Source: Dehalococcoidia bacterium
GTDB taxonomy: Bacteria; Chloroflexota; Dehalococcoidia; UBA6926
Assembly: GCA_963666115.2 (NCBI GenBank)
Contig: CAXXET010000004.1
Span: 128,001-192,000, forward strand
Length of the DNA stretch: 64,000 nucleotides
Direction of reading: 5' to 3'
Part shown: piece after piece, positions 30,927-40,969 of the stretch
How the letters are laid out: the number at the start of each line of letters is the position of its first letter
Position numbering within the stretch: the stretch's first letter is position 1
Program-made: the position numbers and the translations under genes
The notes under the pieces: generated by a model
Database searches by the model: none
What the model was told of the DNA's origin: nothing
Seen by the model: only the letters and a program-made list of their open reading frames with translations

Positions 30927-31502
30927 CTACAGTCCCCTCTTGAGCCGCGGCTCGTCCTGGATTCTGCGTTGAAGTTCGAGGATGCCGTGCTGCAGCGCCT
31001 CCGGGCGCGGCGGGCAACCCGGCACGTACACGTCCACCGGAATGATCTGATCCACTCCCATCACGACCGAATACGAGCGCACATACGGGCCGCCGCACGT
31101 GGCGCACGACCCCATCGCGATGACCCACTTGGGCGCGGGCATCTGCTCGTACAGCAGCTTGATCGGCTCGGCCATCTTCTTGACCACCGTCCCCGCCACG
31201 ATCATGACGTCGGATTGCCGCGGCGACGGCCACGTGACGACGCCGTAGCGGTCGAAATCATGCTTGGGCATGTACGCGGAGATCATCTCGATCGCGCAGC
31301 ACGCCAGGCCGAACGTCAGCGGCCACAACGACGACTTGCGCGCCATCGCGAACAACTCCTCCGTCTTGAGCGTAATCACCCCGGACAGGCCACTCTTCTG
31401 GTGCGCCGCGATGTTCTGCAGCGCCATGCGGGATTCGGGGGTGGAGACGACGGGGCCCTGCTGCCCCAGTCCACCCTGCCCGCCTGCGGGTTCGATATTC
31501 AT
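30927..31502 (-). CDS. nuoB: Complex I subunit B
   Basis: [29 protein letters not shown]. Confidence 0.96.
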   Translation of the reverse strand: MNIEPAGGQGGLGQQGPVVSTPESRMALQNIAAHQKSGLSGVITLKTEELFAMARKSSLWPLTFGLACCAIEMISAYMPKHDFDRYGVVTWPSPRQSDVMIVAGTVVKKMAEPIKLLYEQMPAPKWVIAMGSCATCGGPYVRSYSVVMGVDQIIPVDVYVPGCPPRPEALQHGILELQRRIQDEPRLKRGL

Positions 31503-31867
31503 CGCCAGGACAACACCCCCTTGCGCCATGCATAGACCAAACCGAAGAACAACACAACAAGGAATATCACCATGGAATAGAACGCGGCGGCGGGCAGATC
31601 GAGGAACACGAACGCCCACGGGAACAGGAAAACGGTCTCCACCGCGAAGATCAGGAAGAAGAGCGCGAACAGGTAGTACCGCACGTTGTAGCGCGTGTTG
31701 CCCTCGCCCGTCGGCAGGATGCCGCACTCATACGCGATGCCGCTCAGGCTCGTGGCGCGGCGCGGCGCGAGAATCCATGAGATCACAAAGAACGACGCCA
31801 CGCCGCCGAAGCCGAAGATGGCGGCAATTCCCACAGCGGCCCAGTTGAACGCATACTCAGCCGGCAT
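31499..31867 (-). CDS. nuoA: Complex I subunit A
   Basis: [28 protein letters not shown]. Confidence 0.95.
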   Translation of the reverse strand: MPAEYAFNWAAVGIAAIFGFGGVASFFVISWILAPRRATSLSGIAYECGILPTGEGNTRYNVRYYLFALFFLIFAVETVFLFPWAFVFLDLPAAAFYSMVIFLVVLFFGLVYAWRKGVLSWR

Positions 31868-31933
31868 TCCCCTGCACTCCTATCGGCCAGTCGATGTGCG
31901 GCTCAGACACAGTGTAAACGAACATCACGATGC

Positions 31934-33457
31934 TCACCCGATCCTGCCCAACAGCGCCGTCACGCTGCCATCGATCAACTCGATCCACGGGAACGGCCAG
32001 ATGCCAATGGCGACGATGAACGCGATGAGCAGCCCGCCCGCCGCCATTTCCACGCGCGACGCGTCCGTCAACCCCTGCCACCGCGGGCTGACCGGCCCGA
32101 AGAAGACCTTGCCCAGCAGCCGCAGCACGTACACCGCCGTGATCGCCGCCGCGAACACCCCCAACACGCCCACCAGCGGATACGTATTGAACGCGCCGAT
32201 GAACACCAGCAGCTCCGCGACGAATCCGCTGAGGCCCGGGAGCCCCAGCGAGGCTAAGCCTGCTATCGCGAAGAACGTCGCCGTCCCGCCCATCCGTTTG
32301 GCCAGCCCCTCCAGCACGCCAATGTCCCGGATATGCGCGCGGTCGTACACCGCGCCGACAAGCACGAAGAAGAGAGCAGTCATCACCCCGTGCGAGAACA
32401 TCTGGAGCACCGCCCCGTTCACGCCCAGCGGGTCCAGCGTCGCCAACCCCATGATCACGTACCCCATGTGGCTGACGCTGGAATACCCGATGACGTACTT
32501 GAGGTCGCGCTGCCCCAGCGCGGATATCGCCCCGTACACCACGTTGACCGTCGCAAGGATGATCAGGACGGGCATCCACGCCTGCGCTCCCTCCGGGAAC
32601 AGGTCCATCCCGATCCGCAGGATGCCGTACGCCCCCAGCTTCATCAGCACGCCCGCGTGAAGCATGCTCACGGACGTCGGCGCGGCGACGTGCCCGTCCG
32701 GCGACCACGTGTGGAACGGCCACAGCCCGGCCAGCACGCCGAATCCGATGGCCACGAGCGGGAAGAAGATCAACTGGAATTCGCGTGAGTACTCCTCGTT
32801 GTCGCGCAGGCTCAGGAAGTCGAACGTCGGATTGTCCGCGAAGATATACAGCGCGATAATCGCCACCCACACCAGGACGCTGCCGAGGCTGAGCATGATC
32901 GTCAGCTTCATCGCGCTGTATTCCTTGGTGCGGCTGAACAATAAAGGCGGCACGTAGGAGCGGAAGTCCGTCGAGCTGCCCCACACCCCAATCAACAGGT
33001 ACATCGGGATGACGGCCAGTTCATAGAAGAAGAAGAAGAAGAACAGGTCAAGCGCGACGAAGACGCCGTACACCCCCGCGATCAGCAGCAGGAACAGGAC
33101 GAAAAACTCCTTGGAGCGCTCCGGGATGCGCCACGCCACAAGCGTCCCCGCGAACGCCACCACGCCGTTCAGCAACACCATCAGCACGGAGATGCCGTCC
33201 ACGCCCAGCGTGAAGCCAATGCCAAGGCTCGGCAGCCAATCGACGCGCGTCAGCGGCCAGAACTCCTCCCCCGCAGGCGCGCCCAGGTAGTGCCGCAGAG
33301 TCAGGTAGATGGACAGCGCGAAGGTGAAGCCCGTGACGGCGGTGGCGATGCTCCGAATCGCGGTGGGCCGGCTGCCCGGAACGAGAATAAGCGCCAGGCC
33401 GCCCACAAACGGCGCGAGAACCAACAGGCTTAAGACCAGTTCGTCCGCTTCAGCCAC
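31934..33457 (-). CDS. nuoM: Complex I subunit M
   Basis: LGVDGIS, ELAVIPMYLLIGVWG, PFHTWSPDGH, KLGAYG, YSSVSHMG, LGLPGLSGFVAE. Confidence 0.94.
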   Translation of the reverse strand: MAEADELVLSLLVLAPFVGGLALILVPGSRPTAIRSIATAVTGFTFALSIYLTLRHYLGAPAGEEFWPLTRVDWLPSLGIGFTLGVDGISVLMVLLNGVVAFAGTLVAWRIPERSKEFFVLFLLLIAGVYGVFVALDLFFFFFFYELAVIPMYLLIGVWGSSTDFRSYVPPLLFSRTKEYSAMKLTIMLSLGSVLVWVAIIALYIFADNPTFDFLSLRDNEEYSREFQLIFFPLVAIGFGVLAGLWPFHTWSPDGHVAAPTSVSMLHAGVLMKLGAYGILRIGMDLFPEGAQAWMPVLIILATVNVVYGAISALGQRDLKYVIGYSSVSHMGYVIMGLATLDPLGVNGAVLQMFSHGVMTALFFVLVGAVYDRAHIRDIGVLEGLAKRMGGTATFFAIAGLASLGLPGLSGFVAELLVFIGAFNTYPLVGVLGVFAAAITAVYVLRLLGKVFFGPVSPRWQGLTDASRVEMAAGGLLIAFIVAIGIWPFPWIELIDGSVTALLGRIG

Positions 33458-33545
33458 TCATCCCCTCCAACGGCAAAGCGCCAACCTCCGGCGGCAAAAG
33501 GCCAACCACCACTACCCGCCAATCATAGCCACACCCGCCGCCGTC

Positions 33546-33573
33546 TGTCATTCTGAGCGTAGCGAAGAATCTC
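33546..33573 (+). repeat. REP-like element TGTCATTCTGAGCGNAGCGAAGAATCTC, copy 2
   Basis: Match to 21756 and 56267. Confidence 0.85.
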
Positions 33574-33593
33574 ACGTCGGCTACACTCATCAC

Positions 33594-33968
33594 ATGGACT
33601 TCTTCAACGTCGGAGGACTTGAGCTTCTCTTTCTCGCCGGCCTCGCCATCATCATCGTCGGCCCCTCACGCGCCGCGGAGATGGCAGGCCAGATTGGCCG
33701 GCTCATCGCCAGCGCCCGCCGCACCATCAACTCCATGACCGAGGATTTGCGTACCCAGGCCCGCGAAGACACGGAGCCGCTGCGCTCCGCCCGTGACTCC
33801 CTCCGCGACGTTGAATCCAACCTCCGCCGCCCCTTCGACCTGTCCGAACCCCGCCCCAACACAGGCCGCGCCGAGCCGCCCCCGGAGGACGCGCCCCCGC
33901 CCGACGCGCCATCCGCTGATGAAAACGAACCCCCCGCCGAAGAGCCGCCGACGGAGGAAACCAGGTGA
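33594..33968 (+). CDS. tatB: Tat translocase TatB-like
   Basis: FNVGGLELLFLAGLAIIIVGP, amphipathic helix, Pro/Glu tail; overlaps tatC. Confidence 0.8.
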   Translation: MDFFNVGGLELLFLAGLAIIIVGPSRAAEMAGQIGRLIASARRTINSMTEDLRTQAREDTEPLRSARDSLRDVESNLRRPFDLSEPRPNTGRAEPPPEDAPPPDAPSADENEPPAEEPPTEETR

Positions 33969-34711
33969 CAACGCCTGAGCCGGAGGGCGTGTCCGAAGCG
34001 ACAATGCCGCTGTCCGCCCATCTGCGGGAGCTGCGAACGCGCCTCATGTGGACGTTCATCGTCGTCGGCATCGGCGCCGTCGGCGCATTCGCCATCGGAA
34101 ACCGGCTCATTGACGTGCTGCTGATTCCATTCCCGGACGACATCGAAGTGGTCCAGATCGACGTGCTCGAGGGCGTCCGCGTCCGCATGAAGATCGCCAT
34201 CCTGGGCGGACTCATCGTCGCATTCCCGATGATCCTCTACCAGACGATCATGTTCATCCGTCCCGCCCTGACCGGCTCCGAGAAGCGTTTCGTCTATCTC
34301 GCCTTGCCAATCGTGAGTGTGCTGTTCGCGGCAGGAATCACGTTCGCGTTCTTCGTGCCGATACCCGTGATGATGCAGATACTCCCTCAATTCCTCGGGG
34401 ATGACATTGAGCCTCAGATTCGCATCGACAGCATCGTCGGGACAACCGTCTGGCTTATCTTTGCGATGGGGCTGCTCTTTGAGCTACCAATCGTCATGTA
34501 CCTGCTTGCGCGGCTGGACATCATCGACCCGGCAAGCCTGCGGACGAAGCGCAAGGGGGCAATCCTGCTCTCATTCGTCGCCGCCGCAATCATCACCCCC
34601 ACAGGCGACCCCATCAACATGGTCATCTGGGGCATCCCAATCTGGATCCTCTACGAAATCGGCCTCCTAATGGCCCGCCTCGCCGCCTGGCAGCGCAAAC
34701 GCGGCAGCTAG
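33965..34711 (+). CDS. tatC: Tat translocase TatC
   Basis: MPLSAHLRELRTRL, FIRPAL...EK, FELP, AAIITPTGD, LYE. Confidence 0.95.
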   Translation: MTTPEPEGVSEATMPLSAHLRELRTRLMWTFIVVGIGAVGAFAIGNRLIDVLLIPFPDDIEVVQIDVLEGVRVRMKIAILGGLIVAFPMILYQTIMFIRPALTGSEKRFVYLALPIVSVLFAAGITFAFFVPIPVMMQILPQFLGDDIEPQIRIDSIVGTTVWLIFAMGLLFELPIVMYLLARLDIIDPASLRTKRKGAILLSFVAAAIITPTGDPINMVIWGIPIWILYEIGLLMARLAAWQRKRGS

Positions 34712-34724
34712 GCCCTAAGCGCAG

Positions 34725-35195
34725 TCAGGCCCCCGCGCGAGAGTCCCCGTCGTCCCACAGATCCTCATCATCCAGCCAACCATTCTTCTGCGCCAGCCGG
34801 ATCCAAAGCCGCTGCGTATGCCGGGAATCCCGCCGCAGCTCCTCCAGGTTTTCATCCAGCCTGCGCATAATTTCAGCGAGGGTCTCCATCAGTCCGCTGT
34901 GGTCAATCAGCCTCTGCTCATGATCCCTAAGCATCGCGCGATTCTCACGCATCATCGCTTCATGCTCCTTGAGCCACGCGCGATGCTCGCTCATCGCCGC
35001 CTCATGCTCCTTGCGCCACGCGCGATCTTCGATCGCCGCCGCCTCATGCTCCCTGCGCCACGCCTCATGATTCGCGCGGTCTTCCGCAAGCGCCATCTCC
35101 TGATTCCGGATAATCGTGTCATGATCCTGCGACATGTTCATGAGCCGCATCAGCGCCTCTTCAAACATCTCCGTGCGGCTCTTTTCGTCAGTCAT
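34725..35195 (-). CDS. Hypothetical coiled-coil protein with 14-aa repeats
   Basis: EHEAAAIEDRAWRK / EHEAAMSEHRAWLK / EHEAMMRENRAMLR; SD GGGAG. Confidence 0.65.
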   Translation of the reverse strand: MTDEKSRTEMFEEALMRLMNMSQDHDTIIRNQEMALAEDRANHEAWRREHEAAAIEDRAWRKEHEAAMSEHRAWLKEHEAMMRENRAMLRDHEQRLIDHSGLMETLAEIMRRLDENLEELRRDSRHTQRLWIRLAQKNGWLDDEDLWDDGDSRAGA

Positions 35196-35228
35196 GCCCG
35201 CTCCCCTCTCGCGCCCCGGGACGGCAGC

Positions 35229-35432
35229 CTACGACTTCCCAGCAGTCGAATCCGATTCCGCGCCATCCTTGGCGTCCTCGGACGTCTTGCCCTCCTCCAA
35301 CTCCGCCCCCTTGCGGAACTCCCGGATCGAGCTTCCCATCGAGCGCGCAAGCCCGGGCAGCTTGGCGCCCCCAAAAATCAACAGGATAATCGCCAGGATC
35401 AGGATCAGTTCGAGTCCGCTTGGAATGGTCAT
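35229..35432 (-). CDS. tatA: Tat translocase TatA
   Basis: ELILILAIILLIFGGAKLPGLARSMGSSIREFRKG. Confidence 0.92.
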   Translation of the reverse strand: MTIPSGLELILILAIILLIFGGAKLPGLARSMGSSIREFRKGAELEEGKTSEDAKDGAESDSTAGKS

Positions 35433-35505
35433 GCTGCCTCCCTGCTCATGCCCACAGTATACGCGATGATGCTACTCGATACGCGATGATGCCGCCCGCG
35501 CCGCC

Positions 35506-36153
35506 CTACTCAAGGATCAGCGTGCCGAACGCGAAGACGAAGAACGTCGCAATAGCCAGCAGCCCCGTCCCAAGCGGCACCATCAGCATGGTCAAAATAG
35601 CCTGCGTGCCCACGAATCGGTTTGCCTCCCGAATCGCGATATACGTCAGGCGGATCGCCGTCACCGATGTCAGCGCCACGCCCAGCGTCATCACCCACGG
35701 TCGCGCCCCGTCCGCCACGAGCCATAGCAGCGCCGTCGGCACAAGGAGCCACACCGGCAGCGCGGCATACGTCATCGCCGCAAGCTCCTCCGCAATGCTC
35801 GCCTCCCCCTCGAACGCCTTGCCGATCAAGTGCAGCAGCATCATCGAAAACAGGAACGCCGCGTACCCGCCCCCAACAAACCCCGCCGCCCCAACCACGG
35901 CCCCCACAAACCCGTCAAAATCCCCAACCAGCCCCCCGGCGCCAAACAACGCCCCCGCCACCGCCAAACCAACGACCAGCGCCCCCGTCCCCCGCAGAGT
36001 CGGCTGATCGATAGCAATATCGCTGAACGTCCACGTAGGAGTCCGCACAATCCCGCGCAGATAAAACGCCAAGGGCCGCCTCCGCCGCTGCGGCCCCGGC
36101 GCCCCAACGCCGGGGTTGTCCCCGCTTACCGATGAGTTCGGATCGATGAACAT
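35506..36153 (-). CDS. Yip1-like membrane protein (terminal array member, MFIDP leader)
   Basis: GIVRTPTWTFSDIA, about 5 TM helices, HLIGKAFEG, AIREANRF. Confidence 0.7.
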   Translation of the reverse strand: MFIDPNSSVSGDNPGVGAPGPQRRRRPLAFYLRGIVRTPTWTFSDIAIDQPTLRGTGALVVGLAVAGALFGAGGLVGDFDGFVGAVVGAAGFVGGGYAAFLFSMMLLHLIGKAFEGEASIAEELAAMTYAALPVWLLVPTALLWLVADGARPWVMTLGVALTSVTAIRLTYIAIREANRFVGTQAILTMLMVPLGTGLLAIATFFVFAFGTLILE

Positions 36154-36177
36154 GGAGGCACGCCACAAGTCAGTTCT

Positions 36178-36960
36178 TCAGTTTCCAATTCTTACTTCCT
36201 GCCCCAATAGGAGCGCAATGACAATCGAGACGACAAGCAAGAGCATCGCTGCCACGTACCCTAGGATGACCGTCGGCAAAAGGCTTAAGGCAACCGTCAG
36301 GGCAGCTTTCGCTGGATGGAGGCCATAGTTCTCCTTGACCATTATGACCGCCAGTGAACCAATCAAGAGGAGTCCGGTTAAGACAAGCCCCAACGCAACA
36401 TTAGTTGCCGCGTGGAAGGCATCGTAGAAGATACTGGGGCCTCCAGGGCTGATGAACAGGGAAGCTGCTAGGATTCCGCCAGAAAATACCGCGTAGCCTA
36501 TCGCCGAAATCACTGACAACGCGGAAAAGGTCCTCAGGAACCCTGCGCGGCGCCCGAACCGTTCGGCTATCCAATGAAGATTCAGTGACCACGCGCCAAT
36601 GACGCTGATGGCGATGCAGCAATTCAAGGGGTTGACAGCTCCAATGGCGTCAACTTCACCTGATTTGAATTGATCAATCGACAGAGACCCATACTCGAGC
36701 AGGTGATAAGCAACAAAGAATGCTGCGCCACACACCGCGATGCCTACGCTAGCCGTCCCTACCCCGGCCAGCAACGGCCGCCGCTCCAAAATCTCCCGCA
36801 CAGTCGCCCCAGGCCGAATCACAAGCCCCACATACCACCGCAACACCGTCCGCAGCCAAAACTCCGACGGATAGCCCCCACCTGCAACAGGAGCATCCCC
36901 GCCCGAAATCGGCGGCTGGCTCGCACTCTCTTCTCCGTTCATCGCATCGCTCCCCGCCAC
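36178..36960 (-). CDS. Yip1-like membrane protein, leader type I
   Basis: SEFWLRT.LRWYVGLVIRPGATVREI leader; HWIAERFG; KENYGL. Confidence 0.75.
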   Translation of the reverse strand: MAGSDAMNGEESASQPPISGGDAPVAGGGYPSEFWLRTVLRWYVGLVIRPGATVREILERRPLLAGVGTASVGIAVCGAAFFVAYHLLEYGSLSIDQFKSGEVDAIGAVNPLNCCIAISVIGAWSLNLHWIAERFGRRAGFLRTFSALSVISAIGYAVFSGGILAASLFISPGGPSIFYDAFHAATNVALGLVLTGLLLIGSLAVIMVKENYGLHPAKAALTVALSLLPTVILGYVAAMLLLVVSIVIALLLGQEVRIGN

Positions 36961-36991
36961 GCAGTCTACCCGTTAAACGCCAAGCATCGAT

Positions 36992-37699
36992 TCACACGGA
37001 TCCCATCCCGATCAAGAGTGCGATCACCAGCAGCGCAAGCGCAACAGTCAACGCAATGGGCAGCGCCGCTAGGCCAACGAGGAGTGCTACCCCCGAACGG
37101 ATTGGACCCAATTCATAGTTAGCCCTAATGATGTAATAGGTTAGGAAAATCGTCCAGGCTGTCGGGGCCACGCCAATTGCCGTAAGGATTCGCGGTCCCG
37201 TCGAGAAAGCCAGACTGACGCCGGCCACTTCCAGCAAGGCAGCTATGGCGATTGCCAGTATCCCAGTCATGACCGCCACGGCCGAGAGGTTGAGCAGCCC
37301 AACGTACATTGCAGACAGTTCTCCCCATCCGCGCATCAGACTCGCAACTAAGTGGAATACGACCGCAAGTACGCCTATAGATATGACGGCTATGAAGCTG
37401 ATTATGACTATCACTATCAGGCCGCCTACATTTGTGGGGAAACCGCCGCTGGGCTCCAGTGAATGTGACAGACCTCCGGAACCCGTATAGACGTTCCAAA
37501 GGAACAGCCACAGATACGAGCCGATGCACGCGGCGATCGCCCCTGCCCAAAACGGCCGCCGCTCCACAATCTCCCGCACCGTCGCCCCAGGCCGAATCAC
37601 AAGCCCCACATACCACCGCAAAAGCGTCCGCAGCCAAAACTCGCTCCGCACAGATTCTCCGGCAGCATCACTCGACGTCATCGCATCATCCCTCGCCAC
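36992..37699 (-). CDS. Yip1-like membrane protein, leader type II
   Basis: Shared leader; HLVASLMRG; RANYEL. Confidence 0.75.
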   Translation of the reverse strand: MARDDAMTSSDAAGESVRSEFWLRTLLRWYVGLVIRPGATVREIVERRPFWAGAIAACIGSYLWLFLWNVYTGSGGLSHSLEPSGGFPTNVGGLIVIVIISFIAVISIGVLAVVFHLVASLMRGWGELSAMYVGLLNLSAVAVMTGILAIAIAALLEVAGVSLAFSTGPRILTAIGVAPTAWTIFLTYYIIRANYELGPIRSGVALLVGLAALPIALTVALALLVIALLIGMGSV

Positions 37700-37856
37700 G
37701 CAGTCTACACGTAAACGCTAAGCGCGGGCCCGCACCCGCCGCTGCGGCCCCGGCGCCCCAACACCGGAGGCATCCCCCCCCCGCCAAAGGATCAATAAAC
37801 ATCAACCCATACTATGGCATGGAGCCTGCAAGCGGCCTGGATTCTGAAGAGCCTTA

Positions 37857-38640
37857 TCAGGACGGCCACATTGCCGAAACCATCGACACAACAGCGAACA
37901 AAGTCAAAACCCACCCCGCAAAGGCCGCAAAGCCAAGGACGAGAGTAGGAATGATGCAGGCAGCGACAACTAATGCCGCCTTGCGTGCGCCGAGGTCATA
38001 GTTTTCCTGTATCAGAACGTATGCGATCACGTGGGCCCAGACGAGGACTCCTATGATGGCAAGGAGTGTCCCCGTGAGCAGCGCATTAACCGCGTCAAAG
38101 CCTGACGTGTTGAAGTAGACAAGCCCAAAACCAATAATCACCAGGCCGAACGCGCAAAACGCGACCGTAGAGACCAGCATCATGGAAACGATCGACGTCA
38201 AGTACCTGCCCTCGCCGCCTAGGTTGCCCCCAAGCACGTGCATCACAAGTACCCAGAGACCCAGGAGAGCGGAAGCCGTGGCGCAGTACCCGGCCAGTGC
38301 CAGGGGGGGCCACGATCAACGCTCTCACCGCCTCCGAGTCCTCCATGGCCATGGCAGCCACGTCAGGCCCCCCGTCGGCAAGGAAGATTCCGGCCATTGT
38401 GCCGATATACGAACCAAGAATGCCCAAACACAGCGAACCAAGCCCCAGCCAGAGTGACGGCCGCCGCTCCACAATCTCCCGTATCGTCGCCCCAGGCCGA
38501 ATCACAAGCCCCACATACCACCGCAAAAGGGTCCGTACCCAAAACTCCGACGGATAGTCCCCTCTGGTGACAGGAGTATCCCCGCCTGATGACGGCTGGC
38601 GCGCAATCTCATCCTCGTTCATCGCATCGTTCCCCACCAC
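37857..38640 (-). CDS. Yip1-like membrane protein, leader type I, frameshift at G-run near 38303
   Basis: ORFs 38095..38640 and 37857..38246 together align with 39544..40323 (GFGLVYFNTSGFD, ENYDL). Confidence 0.7.
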
Positions 38641-38645
38641 GCAGT

Positions 38646-38729
38646 CTACCTGTTAAACGCTAAACGCAGGGCTGCGTCGTGCTGCCAGCCTGCTGCTCCG
38701 CTCAACCCCGTTGCCGGATCAATGAACAT
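38646..38729 (-). other. 27-aa mini-ORF MFIDPATGLSGAAGWQHDAALRLAFNR
   Basis: Manual translation; paralog at 40329-40412. Confidence 0.45.
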
Positions 38730-38757
38730 GGCCTAATGAACCGCCCATACGTCGCAG

Positions 38758-39504
38758 CTATTCAAAGTGGGAGACGCCCATTAGGGCTGTGAGCCCCAGG
38801 ATAACCAGAACCCACGGAATATACGCGAAGAATATCCCAATGACAAAGGTTGATATCACGCTTGCCGCAACAGCCGTGGCCGCCTTCAGGGTTCTAATCC
38901 CATGCGTGCTCCGCAGAAGCAATGTCGCCAGAACGGCAACCCACAGGAGGCTCATCGGGCCTATAGCAAGAGTGGCGAAGCCAGCCACGTTCTCCGTCCC
39001 CGTCCTGTCGGGGTCAATGATCGGATACGCAATGCCCACAACAAGCATGCCTGCCGAAAGAAGCGTGAATCCGGCCAATAGGATGAACATCATCGAGCTG
39101 AAAGTTGTCTCCCAGTACTCACTGCGTCCAAACATCTTCCCGGTCCAGTGCAGCGAGACTCCCCATATAGCCGCATAAGTCACCACTAAACCGCAGTATC
39201 CTGTTAGCTCGACTACGGCAACAAGCCAGCCATTGTCTTCACCGACCATTGCCAAGTGGAAGCCTTCCCTGCCATCCAACAGCCACACACTTGCTGCAAC
39301 TGCCTCAAACGAGACAAGCGTCCCGACAATTGCCGTTAGCAACCCATATCGTAACGGCGGCTCCCTCAATACGATCTCCCGCACCGTCGCCCCAGGCCGA
39401 ATCACAAGGCCCACATACCACCGCAAAAGCGTCCGCAGCCAAAACTCGCTCCGCACAGATTCTCCGGCAGCATCACTCGACGTCATCGCATCATCCCCCG
39501 CCAC
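38758..39504 (-). CDS. Yip1-like membrane protein, leader type II
   Basis: Shared leader; HWTGKMFG; RSTHGI. Confidence 0.75.
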   Translation of the reverse strand: MAGDDAMTSSDAAGESVRSEFWLRTLLRWYVGLVIRPGATVREIVLREPPLRYGLLTAIVGTLVSFEAVAASVWLLDGREGFHLAMVGEDNGWLVAVVELTGYCGLVVTYAAIWGVSLHWTGKMFGRSEYWETTFSSMMFILLAGFTLLSAGMLVVGIAYPIIDPDRTGTENVAGFATLAIGPMSLLWVAVLATLLLRSTHGIRTLKAATAVAASVISTFVIGIFFAYIPWVLVILGLTALMGVSHFE

Positions 39505-39543
39505 GCAGTCTACCCGCTAAACGCCAAGCGCAGGGCTGCATCA

Positions 39544-40323
39544 TCAAACCACCCCCATCGCCGCAAGCATCGGCACAACGGCGAATAGAGTCCATATCCA
39601 CCCCACAAAGGCCGCAAGCCCAAAGATGAAAGTAGGAATGATGCAGACAGTGACCGTAATTATCGCCATACGTGTATCGAGGTCATAGTTTTCCCGCACC
39701 AGGACAGTTGCCGCCACATGACCCCAGACCAGGCCGCCTACGACGGCTATGAGCACCGTCATCAGCATCGCATTAATCACGTCAAAGCCTGACGTGTTGA
39801 AGTAGACAAGCCCAAAACCAACAATCATCAGGCCAAACGCAGAGAACGCGACCGTGCAGACCAACATCATCGAAACTAGCGACGTCGAATAAATGCCCCT
39901 GCCGCCCAGTTGAAGGCCGAGCGCGTGCATCACAAGTACCCAGAGACCCAGCAGAACGGGGGCTGCGGCAAAATATCCGGCTATTGCGAGGGGGCCGACT
40001 ATCAATGCTGTCACTGCCTCTGAGTCGTCCAAGGGAACGCCGTCAGGGCCGCCGCTTGCAAGCAAGATGCCCGCCACTGTGCCAATATACGAAGCAAGGA
40101 TGCCAAACCACAGGGAGCCAAGCCCCAACCAGAATGAAGGCCGCCGCTCCACAATCTCCCGCACCGTCGCCCCAGGCCGAATCACAAGGCCCACATACCA
40201 CCGCAAAAGCGTCCGCAGCCAAAACTCCGACGGATACCCTCCGCCTGCAACAGGTGCATCCCCACCCGGCATCGTCGGCTGGCGCGCAGTCTCATCTCCG
40301 TTCACCGCATCATCCCTCGCCAC
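39544..40323 (-). CDS. Yip1-like membrane protein, leader type I
   Basis: Shared leader; HALGLQLGGRG; RENYDL. Confidence 0.75.
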   Translation of the reverse strand: MARDDAVNGDETARQPTMPGGDAPVAGGGYPSEFWLRTLLRWYVGLVIRPGATVREIVERRPSFWLGLGSLWFGILASYIGTVAGILLASGGPDGVPLDDSEAVTALIVGPLAIAGYFAAAPVLLGLWVLVMHALGLQLGGRGIYSTSLVSMMLVCTVAFSAFGLMIVGFGLVYFNTSGFDVINAMLMTVLIAVVGGLVWGHVAATVLVRENYDLDTRMAIITVTVCIIPTFIFGLAAFVGWIWTLFAVVPMLAAMGVV

Positions 40324-40328
40324 GCAGT

Positions 40329-40412
40329 CTACCCGCTAAACGCCAAGCGCGGGGCTGCGTCATGGTGCCGCCCTGTTGCTCCACTCAAACCCGCCAAAGG
40401 ATCAATAAACAT
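40329..40412 (-). other. 27-aa mini-ORF MFIDPLAGLSGATGRHHDAAPRLAFSG
   Basis: Manual translation; TAGTAT-6nt-ATG upstream. Confidence 0.45.
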
Positions 40413-40536
40413 CAACCCATACTACGGCTCAACACAACCCAACAGCTCATTCAAAAGAGACGAGGCCACTGAGAGGTCATATTGTTTATCAACCACTATG
40501 GCCGCCTGGCAGCGCACACGCAGCAGCTAGGCCTCG

Positions 40537-40626
40537 TCACGCCAACCGTTCGATGTCGGAAATTAACTTGTTCGGATGATCATCACCCACCAAGTACATC
40601 GGCACGTTTGAGTCAACAAAGATCAC
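40537..40626 (-). pseudogene. vapC (PIN toxin) remnant with internal deletion
   Basis: MIFVDSNVPMYLVGDDHPNKLISDIERLA*; GTGA overlap with the upstream antitoxin. Confidence 0.7.
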
Positions 40627-40868
40627 GAGAGATTACGGCCCACCTCAATCTCGCTGAGCATCACATCGATGTCCGCCGTAGGATGCTTGTGACGATATGC
40701 TTTCGCAATGGCACGAAGCTTGGTCTCAACCGCATCAGGCCGGTCATTTCGTGCGCGGCGGAGAACCTGCCGAACCCACTCCGCGACGGTCATGCGTTGC
40801 CCCCGGGCGATACTTTGAATCTCCCGATACTCCTCGTCATCGAACAAGACTTGCAGTCGCTTTGCCAT
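40623..40868 (-). CDS. CopG/RHH-type antitoxin (VapB-like)
   Basis: MAKRLQVLFDDEEYREIQSIARGQRMTVAEWVRQVL; PTADIDVMLSEIE. Confidence 0.8.
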   Translation of the reverse strand: MAKRLQVLFDDEEYREIQSIARGQRMTVAEWVRQVLRRARNDRPDAVETKLRAIAKAYRHKHPTADIDVMLSEIEVGRNLS

Positions 40869-40969
40869 AACAGAAGTCTATCTTACTCATGGAGCTGTAG
40901 CCACGCAATAAACGCCTACCTGGTCTCAGTACTCTACGTCTTCGCAGCAGTCTACCCATTAAACGCCAA

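Noticed and set aside
29270-31502. Group 4 NiFe hydrogenase
   Set aside because: The large subunit lacks Ni-binding CxxC motifs; NuoA is present and NuoB has the CC motif.
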